A stretch of DNA of 64,000 nt from Eledone cirrhosa (taxonomy: Eukaryota), in the NCBI GenBank assembly GCA_964016885.1, contig OZ024743.1, positions 84,940,001 through 85,004,000 of the forward strand, in the 5' to 3' direction. Under the pieces are notes generated by a model. It was not told the DNA's origin. It worked only from the letters and a program-made list of their open reading frames with translations, and searched no databases. The position numbers and the translations under genes were made by a program. Numbering within the stretch: position 1 is the stretch's first letter; the number at the start of each line of letters is the position of its first letter. Shown here in pieces: positions 52,150 through 64,000 of this stretch.

Positions 52150-52223
52150 GTAGGTTTCAATGATGGTGGAATTGCAGTTTATGATATGAAACTAAAGACA
52201 GACCAACCTCTCCAGAGTTCTTT
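52150..52223 (+). CDS. DNAI4: DNAI4 exon j (VGFNDGGIAVYDMKLKTDQPLQSS)
   Basis: tttgcag acceptor, |gtaaga donor, phase 0/2. Confidence 0.9.
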
Positions 52224-52639
52224 GTAAGATTTATTTTATGTTTTTTTAAAAATTATATTATATTTTATTTTTGTTGCTATTTTCCTCTTGCTTCCCCCTT
52301 TATTACATCGACAGTGTTGGAGTAAAAAGGGCAGGATCCGTAACCCATTTCAGGATGTTTGTGGTTTGTGAAATGAAAGGAAAAAATTGGGATATTTGGC
52401 ATGTCTGCTTACAAAAAAATAGTCCCTGCTAAAGACATTAAAGAATCTGGGGCTAGTGTTAACCCATAACATCCTGTAATGATTTAGCAAAATATATCTA
52501 AAAAACATGTTTGTTAATTAAAATGTTTATAGTATCTTTACTATAAAACAGATTGCTGTGAAAATTTATAGTATTAGAGTAAATTAAACACTACTTTTAA
52601 ATGTGATGCAGTCATAGTCCTGTTTTGTACTTTAAAGTG

Positions 52640-54170
52640 TGTGTGGGCAATGCCAGGTCAGGTGACCACGTCTTGCTCATAAGGAACTGATTTTGGCTCG
52701 ATTTCTACAGCTGGATGCCCTTCCTAACACCAACCTCATTTACAGTGCTTTTTACCATGGCGCCTACACGACCACTTTACAGTGTTGACTAGGTGATTTT
52801 TGTTGTGACACCTACACGACCACTGGGGGCATACTGTTTATATCCTTCATCTTTGGCTTGTACCCGTGGGAAGTTGGGTCTTCTGTATTATTGCGTAACG
52901 CCAGAGGTCTCAGTCCTGTGTCATCGCCTTTGAGAGGTACAATTGGGTAAGATCAGCTTTTATCACCTCATCGCAGGTGTTCTTGGGTCTCCCCACTCCA
53001 AGGGTTCCATCGACTTTTAATGCTCTGCACCTTTTTATGTAGCTGTCATCCTTCATCATCATCATCATCATCATCAACGTTTAACGTCCGTGTTCCACGC
53101 TTGCATGGGTTTGGACGGGGGTAGTCCCACTTGAGGCAAGAGTGATTGTCTTGCTCGCATAGGACTGTCTGGCAGGTTTTCTACAGTTGGATGCCCTTCC
53201 TAACACCAACCACATTTACAGTGTGGGTCTGGGAGGTTTTTACCGTGTTGCCTACACGGCCACATTACAGCGTGGACTGTGTTTTTTTTTGTCGTGACAC
53301 CTACACGATCTCATTTGTTTCGGCCTGGATGGCGCGGCACCAACATAACTTTACATAGAACGGGGTGGTGTGGATGGGGTGGGGGTGGTGGTGGTGGGAC
53401 GGGGTGTATTTTGTTAGAGATGCCTACTGGCTGGAGTAGGTTTTACTATATATTTAGGTAAGGCGGGTCTTCTCTGTTACTGAGTACCGCCAAAGGTCTC
53501 GGTCCAGTGACATTGTCTTGGAGAGGTGTAAGTGTGTGATGTCGGAGTTTATCAGCTCGTCCCAGGTTTTTCTAGGTCTGCCTATTCCGTGACTACCGTC
53601 TATCTTTATTGCCCTGCACTTTGTTATACAGCTATCGACTTTCATGCGCATCACGTGTCCATACCAACGTAGCCTTCTCTCGAGTATACACATTAAATGT
53701 CCATACCAATGCAACCTCCTCTCCTGCACACAGCATTTGATTCCTCTTATGCTTAGTCTCTCTCTCAATTCGTTTATGCTTTGCCATTCATGTATATTAC
53801 TATTACACATCCATTGGAGCATGCAAGCTTTATTTCTTTCTAATCTACGCAAGTCTTCTGCACACAATGCCCAGGTCTCACTACCATGTAACATTGCTGT
53901 TCGTATGCACGCATCATACAGTCTGCCTTTCATTTTGAGCGAAATGCCTTTTGTAGCTAGCAGTGGTAGTAGCTCCCTGAACTTTTTCCATCCCGTTCTT
54001 ACCCTGGTTACTGTACTTTCAGAACACTGCTGCTAATTTGGTCACCTAGGTAGCAGAAGCTGTCTACTGTTTCTACAGAACCCTCTCAGAGTTTGTTAGT
54101 ACTTGTTTCCTGTGGCCATTTGCTGCTTACTGTCCTGGTGCAACTGCTACATGTAAAGCCTACATTCTTA
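52640..54170 (-). mobile_element. Older RTE interrupted by a young RTE family A copy (~53054-53685)
   Basis: The older sequence rejoins across the insert; the inserted part closely matches 42956-43540. Confidence 0.85.
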
Positions 54171-54879
54171 ACAACCACATTCCATGTGGTTGTTAATTCA
54201 AATGTTCATAATATCTTCACTAGTGGATAGATTATTGCAAACATTTGCAGTATTAGAGTAAAGTAAAGACTACTTAATGTGATTCAGTCACAGTGCTATT
54301 TTGCACCTTAAAGAATGTCATGCTAATGTGGTTTCATGTGGTTTGTTAATTCAAATATTTATAGTATCTTTATTAGTAGACAGATCATTGTATTCCCAAG
54401 ACTTGTTTTCCCAGCAATTATCATCTTCAGAGAAACTTGGAGGTTATTTTTGTGGAATAAAACATGAAAGAACCACAATGATTATTGTTGGAGACTTGGA
54501 AATATGTATAACAACAACAACAATAACCATAACAGCAACAACAACCACAACAGCTATAACCACCACAACAACAATACCAACTATAACCAAAGCCACAACA
54601 ATAGCCACAATACCACAATAAGAATTACTACCTCCATCACCATTACAACAACCACCACTATCACCACCACCACCACCACCACCACAACAACACCCACTAC
54701 CACCACTGACACCACAACAGCAACAACCATTACCACCACCACCACAACAATAGCCTCTAACACCATCACTATAACAACAAAACTACCACAACAACAACAG
54801 CAGCAACAACAATCACCACCACAACAACAACCACTTCCATTACCACCACCACCACAATAACAACAACTACAAGCACAGT

Positions 54880-55090
54880 TTAACCTCTTAGCATTTAAAC
54901 TGGTCGTATCCAGCCAGAATTCTCTCACCTCTTTCTGTTAAAACTGGCCATAACTGGCCACTCATACTGATGTTAAGGTGTTGTTCTCAAAATAAATAAC
55001 ATCATCAAAATCTCATAGGTTCGATATTATCTGATATTATCATGAAAATACGATAGTATATATAGAGTAATGTAAATGCTAAAGGGTTAA
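54880..55090. mobile_element. piggyBac-like MITE
   Basis: TTAA-CCTCTTAGCATTTA ... TAAATGCTAAAGGG-TTAA. Confidence 0.78.
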
Positions 55091-55113
55091 TAGAGAATGT
55101 CTGTTATTTTCAG

Positions 55114-55271
55114 TGTGTCATCTCACAAACATACAGGAGCTGTGTCAGCACTGAAGTGGATTGAAAGAGACACAGGAGTGGAGATGTCGGAGAAGTTGGA
55201 TTTCCTTATCTCGATATCCAAGGATGGTCGCGTCAGTTCTTGGGCAATACTGAAAGGATTTGAATGTGCTG
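55114..55271 (+). CDS. DNAI4: DNAI4 exon k (VSSHKHTGAVSALKW...ILKGFECA)
   Basis: ttttcag acceptor, G|gtgagt donor, phase 2/1. Confidence 0.93.
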
Positions 55272-55514
55272 GTGAGTATTTCATCTTCTTTCAGTGGTCA
55301 GTTGATATAGCATGATGGTAGTGGTGGCGGTGGTGGTGGGGTAGTGTCATCATCATCATTTAATTTCATACACATCAGCATCATCACCACCACCATCATC
55401 ATCATCATCACCATCATCACAATCATCATCATCACCACCATCATCATCATTTAATGTCATACACATAATCATCATGATCATTAACTGTACAGAAGCCCAT
55501 CTTATATATATATA

Positions 55515-56490
55515 TATCATCATCAATGTTTACCATATGCTTTCCTAGTTAGCAAGGGTTGGACTGGTTTACATAGACTAAGTCAATACTAAAGTGGGGC
55601 TACTGACCTCCCAGGTAGGCCAAGGGGTCTGCATCTTGCCTACGTAGGTTATACATTATATTGAGTGCACAGGAGAGGTTGTCAAATCTTATGACACAAA
55701 CTGAAGAGTCCTATCAACCCCCTGGTTGGCAAGCTTTCTATGGCTGGATGCCTGGAGTCATCATACAGTCTACCCTTCACTCTGAGAAAGAAGCTCTTTG
55801 TTGTCAGCATAGGTGTCAGCTCTGTTCTGAACCTGGTTATCACACTTACAGTGCATCCTCCCTTACTGCTAAATTGATCACCTTAGTAACAAAAGCTGTT
55901 GACTATTTCTAAGGAGCCTCCCTGGCAACTGAAGGAATCTACTTCATGTGTGTGTTCTGAGTTCTTATTTTTCCTGTGCATTTGCCACATACAAAGTCTA
56001 CTTTTTCTGTTAATCTGCCTGCAATCCCACTACATCCCTTGTGCATCCATAGGTTACACTGTCTGTAACTTATAGATTTCTGCCCACCCCTTTCTGACAT
56101 ATCAAAAAAGACCATTTCCCTGATGGTATCACCCTCTTGTCCTCTTTCCTACTTATTAACACTTTTGTCTTTGCTAAGCTTACTATTAGGCTTTTCAACT
56201 CCAGGTTCTTCCATGGAATTTTGTCTCTAACTCTCCTACAGATTCAGTTATGAGGACTAGGTCATCAGCATGTGCTCCCATGGAATGTCAGTTTTAAAGT
56301 CCTGATGGACAATGATAAATGGGTAAATTGAGGACTGAGTCCTGGAGGATCCCACCTGTACTTCAAATTCATCTCTGTATTTATCTCTAACCACCACCCT
56401 ACTGGTTGCTCCTTTATACATGGCCTGCATTGCCCTCATTATCCATTCATCTACATCTAGCTCCCTAGGTTCCCACCAAATTACAGATGT
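55515..56490 (-). mobile_element. Decayed RTE fragment
   Basis: MRAMQAMYKGATSRV..FKTDIPWE; (GAT) tail. Confidence 0.7.
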
Positions 56491-56492
56491 GT

Positions 56493-56551
<59 letters not shown>

Positions 56552-56555
<4 letters not shown>

Positions 56556-58390
56556 GAAATTACATGAATCAAAGTTCAGTTTAAATCATTTAAACTGAAC
56601 TTTGATTCATGTAATTTCTATATAACTGCTCTGTAAAACAACTTATGTTATTACATTAAGCTATTTATCTTACTGGTAATAAGATAGTAATGAATTACTG
56701 TCTTTCACTATTTAGAGTTTAAAATATATATAACTATAAAAGGTTTTATTATATACATAACCATAAATAGTATCCTTAATACTATATATATATGTGAAGG
56801 TAGATAAGGTTTTGTTTATGTATATCCGGAATGAATGTTTAAACAAGAAAGTTGCTTACGAGAGAGTTTGACTTGACGGTATCCTTTGAATTGTATATCA
56901 TAAATATCCTGGACATAATCTGAACCCTCAGCAACATCCGCAGCCTCCAACACTGAGCAGACCTATACCTGCAAATACCAACGTCTCTTCCACTTTATGC
57001 GCATATCCGGAGCAACAACAAAATACCTGGAAATAACACCCCAACACTGGAACCAGGGAGGAAACCACACGCTATACATGGGCAAACTGCAACTGCAGAA
57101 ATCCCAGCAATTGTCCTCTATTGGGTAAATGCTTGTACAAAAATATCATTTATCAATGTGTGGTAAAATCTAAGCTGGGGATATATAAATATGTTGGTTC
57201 CACTTCAAATATTTTCAAGAAAAGATGGTATGTGCATACCCACATATTTAAAAACCCCAGTTTAGCTAGATCTACAGCCCTGGCGAAAAAAATCTGGGAT
57301 CTGAAATGCGCTAATATTAAATACACAACAATGGTCCATGCTAAAATTCGCCCGACCATACTGTAATGAAAATGCCCATGTGAACTATGTTTGGCGGAGG
57401 TAATTGAAATAGCGACCAGAAAGGGCCTTCTAAATTCCCAGCACAATAGGATATTCAACTGCAAACACAAGGTTCTATCCCTAATACCTAGGTTTTACTA
57501 TATCCTATTTGGTACATTTCCTGTGGCATTTGAACTTTTTACACCCAATCATCATCATGATCATCATGATCATTTTACGTCCGCTTTTCCCTGCTTGCAA
57601 GGGTGAGACGGGAACTGATTCTGGCTTGATTTCTACAGCTGGATGCCCTTCCTAACACCAACCTCATTTACAGTGAGTGCTGGGTGCTTTTTTGCCGTGG
57701 CACCTCCACGACCACTTTACAGTGGAATGATATGGACCCCAGTCCCTATCATCTCATTTCTACAGCTGAGTAAACTGGAGCAATGTGAAATAAAGTGTCT
57801 TGCTCAAGGAAACAACACATCACCCGGTCTGAGAATTGAACTCACAATCTTTCGATTGCAAGGCCAATGCTCTAACCACTAAGCCATATGCCTCCATGGA
57901 TTCAGTAATATTCAAAACAATCCCATTTTCTTAATTCCTTTGCTCCTTACCCACTCTAGCCTACTCTTAATCTCTACTTTATCTTTCTCTGTCCCTCTCT
58001 TTATACCTTCTCTACCCCTATATATGGTAAACATCAAAACCTTCACCTATAACAATGGTCAAAGAATAACTATTCCACATCACAGCACACGGATTGATAG
58101 TGTGAAACTCTTTACCCCCACTCCTTCTCCTCTCTATTATCACACTAACTGACTTAAACTTATTTACATTTTCTTAAATGAAAATCTCATTTCTGAGTTC
58201 TACCTCGTAGTGAATAGTTGAATTCCACTACTATAGGCTTTCTGATAAAGTATAATAAATAATTAAGTATTGCATATAATTGAACAATATATATTGTAGT
58301 CAGCATATGTAGACAATTTATAATAGACACAGAAACATATGCCAAAGCAAATAAATTCGTAATCTCTTCCCGCCGCTGTTTTATTTTTCT
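56552..58390 (+). mobile_element. Decayed Naiad-type Penelope fragment (GIY-YIG) with 5' palindrome, nested SINE and degenerate 3' hammerhead
   Basis: CNCRNPSNCPLLGKC..IIYQC..YVGST..CELC..CKHK; GCTTT-CTGATAA..GAAAC-ATAT-GCC-AAAGC at 58237-58348. Confidence 0.75.
57548..57896 (-). mobile_element. Full tRNA-derived CORE-type SINE
   Basis: Reverse complement of 51752-52091. Confidence 0.9.
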
Positions 58391-58426
58391 TGGTGCAATA
58401 CTTGCTTATATATATATATATGTATA

Positions 58427-58499
58427 TAGGGTGTCCCACAAAAATGTATACATACTTTGATTACTATTGAAGTGTGTATGCATTTTGTGGGACACCCTG
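58427..58499. mobile_element. 73-bp Tc1/mariner-type MITE
   Basis: AGGGTGTCCCACAAAA / TTTTGTGGGACACCCTG inverted ends with TA flanks. Confidence 0.75.
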
Positions 58500-58945
58500 T
58501 ATGATAGTATATATATATGTGTGTGTGTTTATGTTTTTCATTAGTTTGTGGTTTGACAAAATGCGATTTATAAATGAATAGCAGAATTGAAAAAATAAAT
58601 ACTGGTGTTGACATGATGAACTAAAATTCCTTCAAGGCAATGTTGAAGTATGGTTGCAGTCCATGACTGGATTAACCATTAAACAAAATAAGTTGAGGGC
58701 ATCAAAAAATGTATTTGTTATTCAAAACAAATTTTTTTTGCAGACTTTATATATGGGAGGCACCATAATATTTTAAGGTCATCAAAAGGACTAAATTTTA
58801 TTCAAATTAAATGTATTTTTTAACCCTCCTTTAATCTAGCTCTGCTACAGTTTACCGACTAAACCCATTAAAAGAATAACTGACTAAAGAAGTAGAAAAG
58901 CTTTAGACTAAACCTTCTCTAAGACATTGTTATTTCTCTTTCCAG

Positions 58946-59078
58946 ATATGATGCATCTACGTCGGATTGTTCGTACTAACAGAATTGGTATCAAGTCACG
59001 TGAGAGGAGAGTGGAAACATATATATCAAGATATGCCTGTGGGACTTGCTTCAGTTTCCAGCCTGGCTCCCCAAATTT
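58946..59078 (+). CDS. DNAI4: DNAI4 exon l (MMHLRRIV...YISRYACGTCFSFQPGSPN)
   Basis: tttccag acceptor, |gtaagt donor, phase 1/2. Confidence 0.9.
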
Positions 59079-59252
59079 GTAAGTCCCGCAGTTATTAGGA
59101 GTCACAAAACTACATACACCACTTCTCACTATACATCATTATAATCCTCATTGTACATATATATAATATAGATATCTCTATACCCACTCTGCATCTCCAC
59201 AAGCATTGAATACTCCCATGTTTAGTGGTCTGCCCAGTCTCAGCACTGCAGA

Positions 59253-59291
<39 letters not shown>

Positions 59292-59844
59292 AAGAGGGAG
59301 AGAGAGAGAGAGATTTAAAAGAGTTGAAGTCAGTGTTGTAGCATATGTACAAACTTTGCATATTACAATTGATTCGATATTGTAGTACCCGACCTCCCAT
59401 GGGTACAAGCTGAAGCATATAGACAATATGCCCCCACACCCTCCCACTGCAAAGTGGTCGTGAAGGTGCCACGGCAAAAAAGCACCCAGCCCACACTGTA
59501 AAGTGGACGTGTAGGCGCCACGGAAAAAAGGACCCAGCACTCACTGTAAATGAGGTTGGTGTTAGGAAGGGCATCCAGCTGTAGAAATCAAGCCAAAATC
59601 AGTTTCTGTATGAGCAAGGCATGGTCAGCCGACCAGACACTGTCCACAACAGAACAACCCGTCTAACCCATGCTAGCATGGAAGAACGGACGTAAAACGG
59701 TGATGATGATGATTGATTGATTCTTTTAAATTTATTTAAGCTCTGCACACTACAGCTGTAACACTGGAATAAAACCCAAATGAAATAGGCTTTGTAACTA
59801 CATTGAGTGCTTCAAACAGTGCGCTGCCTGTAACTGTTGTTACC

Positions 59845-60082
59845 ATGGTCCATAGGTGTGCTAGAAATAGCAGCTAAATAATGGGTACCTCATGGTGTCC
59901 ATAGGTGTGCTAGAAAGAGCAGCTAAATAATGGGAACCTCATGGTGTCCATAGGTGTGCTACAAATAGCAGCTACATCAGCTAAACAGGTGGAACCTCAT
60001 GGTCGCCCATAGGTGTGCTAGAAATATCTGCTAAATAGAGGGAACCTCATGGTGGCCCATAAGTGTACTAGAAATAGCAGCG
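59845..60082. repeat. ~50-bp tandem repeat (CCATAGGTGTGCTAGAAATAGCAGCTAAATA..ACCTCATGGT), about 5 copies
   Basis: Seen directly; SINE-core-like. Confidence 0.8.
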
Positions 60083-60589
60083 ACACCAAAAAATGCATAA
60101 GTGAAAACAAAACAGTGCAATCAAATTTTTATGGAAAAAAATGTGTATTTTTAAAAACTAATTATAGTGTATATATACTGTGCAGTATACACTGATACTA
60201 AATGTTAATACAGAATGTTATAATTGAATTTTTAAATAATTGTGAATGTATCGTATACTGTTATTTAGAGTAGAGTATGCAAGTGATCGTTGTTACCTTC
60301 TCCAATAGAAAATATATAGTACCTTGTGAAATATACACATCCAGAGACTTTCAATAATGACCTTTGGTCTTTCATACTCCCTCAATATATATATCTGGGA
60401 GTGTGTGTACATGTACATGTGTATATATAGATTTATATATATGTACACATACATGTTTTCAACTTGTACAAAAATTAGACTGAAGAAATGACCACTAATT
60501 GATTTTACATATGTCTTTAACCCATTGATATCAAAAATTATTTGGCCAACAGCTGTCTATGTGTAAGTATATATATATATATGAATGTG

Positions 60590-61025
60590 TATGCATGCAT
60601 GAATGAAGACAGTAAGCTATAAATTGAGACAACCAGTGATTCCAACTGTAAGCACTATCATATATTTTGGTTTCTATTAATTCTATAATAATATAATAAT
60701 AATGAAAATATTGTGTACAGTGCTCAGGTGCACTACAACTCATCAAAAGTGTATGTATAGTACATAGAGTAATGTACAAACGTCAGGAAAATGAACAGTG
60801 CATGAGTCATGATATACACGTGTGCATGTGTATGGAAGAGGACATCAGGTGTAGTTTTGGTGAATTTCGGGAAGCATGAGGGTTTTAAAGGATGCAGTGT
60901 CTTGGCAGCTAACAACTGACACAAGCAGTTTGTTCCATGCTTCAGCAACTCTAAGCGTGAAAAAATGTTTCGGAAAGTCATGGGAGCTGTGCTATTTTCT
61001 GACTTTGTTGACATGCTCAGTTTAT
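60590..61025 (-). mobile_element. CR1/L2-type LINE 3' fragment
   Basis: Frame reads KHFFTLRVAEAWNKLLVSVVSCQDTASFK. Confidence 0.72.
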
Positions 61026-61302
61026 ATTCCCGTTCAGCGTTCCGACGTTCTTTCCTGGCAAGTCGGACCGCTGAAGGGAATTGTTTGACCAAATGCTTTG
61101 CTTATTTGTTTATTTATTTAAAAAAAAGTTTATTCTTTCTCTAAGACTTTTTTAAAAGATATTTTGTGAAAGCAAAGCATTGGCTTTTAAAATACTACAG
61201 TGGGCCTCTGCAAAGCTACTGTGGGCCCCCGGGGTTAATTTGCCATTGGGCAACCTGGCAACCTGGCCAGTCTGCCACTGTATATATATATATACATATA
61301 TA

Positions 61303-62368
61303 GCATAAAAGATGTAGTGGGATCACAGGTAAGCTAACTAAGAACATAGATTTTATATGTGGCCGGTGCTCAGGTGCAATAAGTAGCAAGTGCCCTCAGG
61401 GTACTAGCTCCTTCCATTGGCCAGATGGTCCTATAGAAATAGTGGACACCTTCCGTTACCTGGGTGACAAAATCAGCAGTGGTGGAGGGTGCTCTGAAAG
61501 TACAGTAGCCAGAGTCAGAACGGGATGGAAAAAGTTCAGAGAGCTTATACCACTATTGGCCGCTAAAGGTTTCTCTCTAAAAATGAAAGGCAGACTGATG
61601 CCTGCATACGAACAGCTATGTTACATGGCAGTGAGACTTGGGCATTGTGGGCAGAGGATATGCGCAGACTGGAGAGGAACGAAGCTTGCATGCTCCGCTG
61701 GATGTGTAATAGTAATATACGTGAACGGCAAAGCATAAATGAACTAAGTGAGAAATTAGGAATAAGTGGGATCAGATGCTGTTTACTCGAGAGAAGACTA
61801 CGTTGGTAGAGTCACGTGGTGCGCATGAAAGACGGCAGCTGTTTAAAAAAGTGCAGGGCGATCAAAATTGATGGAAGCTACGGAGTAGGCAGACCCAGAA
61901 AAACCTGGGACGATTTGATAAATTCTGACCTTACACACTTACACCTCTCCAAGACAATGTCACTGGACCGAGATTTTTGGCGCTACGCAGTAATACAGAA
62001 GACCCGCCTTGCCTATGTACAAAGCGAAACCTACAGTCAGTGGCACCTCTAACAAAATATACACCCCCATCCCACTACACCTACTCCCACCCCCATCAAT
62101 ACCACTCTTTCTCTGTAAAGTTATGTTAGTACCACAACATCCAGTCCAAAATAAATGAGGTCGTGTAGGTGTCACGACAAAAAAAAACACACAGTCCACG
62201 CTGTAATGTGGTCGTGTAGGTAACACGGTAAAAACCTCCCAGTCCACACTGTAAACTTGGTTGGTGTTAGGAAGGGCATCCAGCCGTAGAAAACCTGCCA
62301 GACAGTCATATCTTCCATGCTAGCGTGGAAGATAGACGTTAAATGATGATGGTGATGATGATGATGAT
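61303..62368 (+). mobile_element. 5'-truncated RTE family A
   Basis: Frameshifted ORFs 61442-62052 and (GAT)n tail. Confidence 0.9.
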
Positions 62369-62373
62369 ATATA

Positions 62374-62715
62374 CAGAAATATATGGTGGAGAAAGCAAGA
62401 CATTTAAAATTTATTCCTTACAGTGTTTCATCATTTAAGTACATTTAATAATTCAACAGAGGAATATACGAGGTTTATATCCTACAATAGAATTGTACCT
62501 ATTACACTCTTCAGAGGAAGATTTTTTGCTCTTAATAATGTCACAAAAGGGATAATCCAAGTCTGTACAATTGTAAAATATAGGCTACACATTCAGGAAC
62601 AGTTTAGCCTTTAAAAATTCGGAGATATTATGAACACATCCATAGCCATCGTAATTTCTGTGTTTTATAAGATGGCAGTGTTTAAATGTCTTGTTTTCTA
62701 CCCCATATATTTCTG
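62374..62715. mobile_element. MITE with ~35-bp imperfect TIRs
   Basis: CAGAAATATATGGTGGAGAAAGCAAGACATTTAAA vs TTTAAATGTCTTGTTTTCTACCCCATATATTTCTG. Confidence 0.7.
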
Positions 62716-63474
62716 CATAGACCCACTCTGCTTATCCACTGTACACAAACTCCATAAATATTAACTGAAATATTTAATCTCGCATGCTTTGCTTTATCTA
62801 AGGCATCTAACATATTATATCATAATTCCTTCTCTATTCTTATGATATATGACACTTATTTTGATATCATCATCACCGTTTTACATCCGTTCTTCCACGC
62901 TAGCATGGATTAGATGGGTTGTCGTGTTGTGGGCAGTGTCCAGTTGGTCGGCTGACCTTGTCTTGCTCATACAGGAACTGATTCTGGCTTGATCTCTACA
63001 GCTGGATGCCCTTCCTAACACCAACCTCATTTACAGTGAGTGCTGGGTGTTTTTGTTCTGTGGCGCCTACACGTCCACTTTACAGTGTGGGCTGAGTGCT
63101 TTTTTGCCGTGGCATCTTCACGACCACTATTCTTCAGCTTCGGCTTGTTCCTGTGGGGGGTCGGGTCTTATGTATTACTGCGTGACGCCAGAGGTCACGG
63201 TCGTGTGTCATTGCCCTTGAGAGGTGCAATTGGGTAAGGTTGGCCTTTATCACCTCATCCCAGATCTTGTTGGGTCTCCCCACTCTGCATATTTCGAACT
63301 CAGATCATAAAGGGTCGTAACTCTGTGCTGCAAAGCATGGTGTCAGACGCTCTACCGATACTGCTAATCCACCATTACTTACTATATATCTATATATATA
63401 TAATATTTTACTATGTATATAATATCAGTGTATTTGTCTGTTGTATGTTTTAGCCTGTCATTTCCTCTTTGCAG

Positions 63475-63562
63475 CTACATGGTGGGTACTGAAGACGGCC
63501 ACATTCACAAATGTTCTCTCACCTATAGTGAACAATATGTGGATACCTATAATGCCCACACG
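63475..63562 (+). CDS. DNAI4: DNAI4 exon m (YMVGTEDGHIHKCSLTYSEQYVDTYNAHT)
   Basis: tttgcag acceptor, ACG|gtaagt donor, phase 2/0. Confidence 0.94.
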
Positions 63563-63729
63563 GTAAGTAGAAGACATCTTTGCTTGTATGAAGAGAGGTT
63601 GTTTCTGGGCCATGTTTTTTCGAAACCTTACTAAGCTGGGTTATAGAGAAAACAAGGTTGAGAATTATAGTTAGTGTTTAGTATGGTTAAAAAATAGACC
63701 CAAATTAGATTAAATAATAATCATACCTT

Positions 63730-64000
63730 TGTAGCAAGAGTTGCCTCCCTTATGACAATCACATCACCGCTCTCTAGACAGGAAGTAGCTGGAGTTACTT
63801 CCCGTTGGGGTGGCAGAACTCTTTTTGTCACTTCCGTCCTGAGACCCTATAAAAGGGATACTCAGAGCGATCTCTCTCTCCTGAACAAACCTACCAATTG
63901 AATTCCTCTCCTGACTAATCCTACCTCTCCCCATCCCCCCAAATTCTCACTTGGCTAAAAGTTCCTCCCCTGTAATTTATATTTCTTCCCATGGGAGCCA
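63730..64000 (+). mobile_element. LTR related to the 25533-27636 element, running off the window end
   Basis: Starts TGTAGCAAGAGTTGCCTCCCTT..TAGACAGGAAGTAG..ACCCTATAAAA, matching that LTR's 5' end. Confidence 0.75.

Overview
This is AT-rich, repeat-dense animal genomic DNA. The RTE/Penelope/tRNA-SINE complement and the (TA)n/(CAT)n microsatellites suggest an octopus or other cephalopod (inference). The whole window lies inside one + strand gene, the axonemal dynein intermediate chain DNAI4/WDR78. I traced 13 internal exons with consistent reading phases; one of them needs a GC donor. The introns are filled with mobile elements: two RTE LINE families, a Tx1/L1 pair, Ingi/Vingi and CR1 fragments, Penelope-like elements (including a Naiad-type copy), a DD37D mariner, Helitrons, MITEs, tRNA-derived SINEs and minisatellites. 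The most interesting signals are not in the ORF track. (1) About seven hammerhead-ribozyme motifs, including a canonical GUC hammerhead inside a ~370-bp direct-repeat unit (retrozyme-like) and a palindrome carrying a hammerhead on each strand. (2) Two non-coding LTR elements primed by tRNA-Trp. One carries a 32-nt copy of the mature tRNA 3' end with an A-to-T change exactly at m1A58, plus a second primer site. (3) A shared module linking the 5' UTR of one RTE family, the SINE body and the 3' UTR of another RTE family. All identifications were made by eye and from recalled family features; no searches were run.
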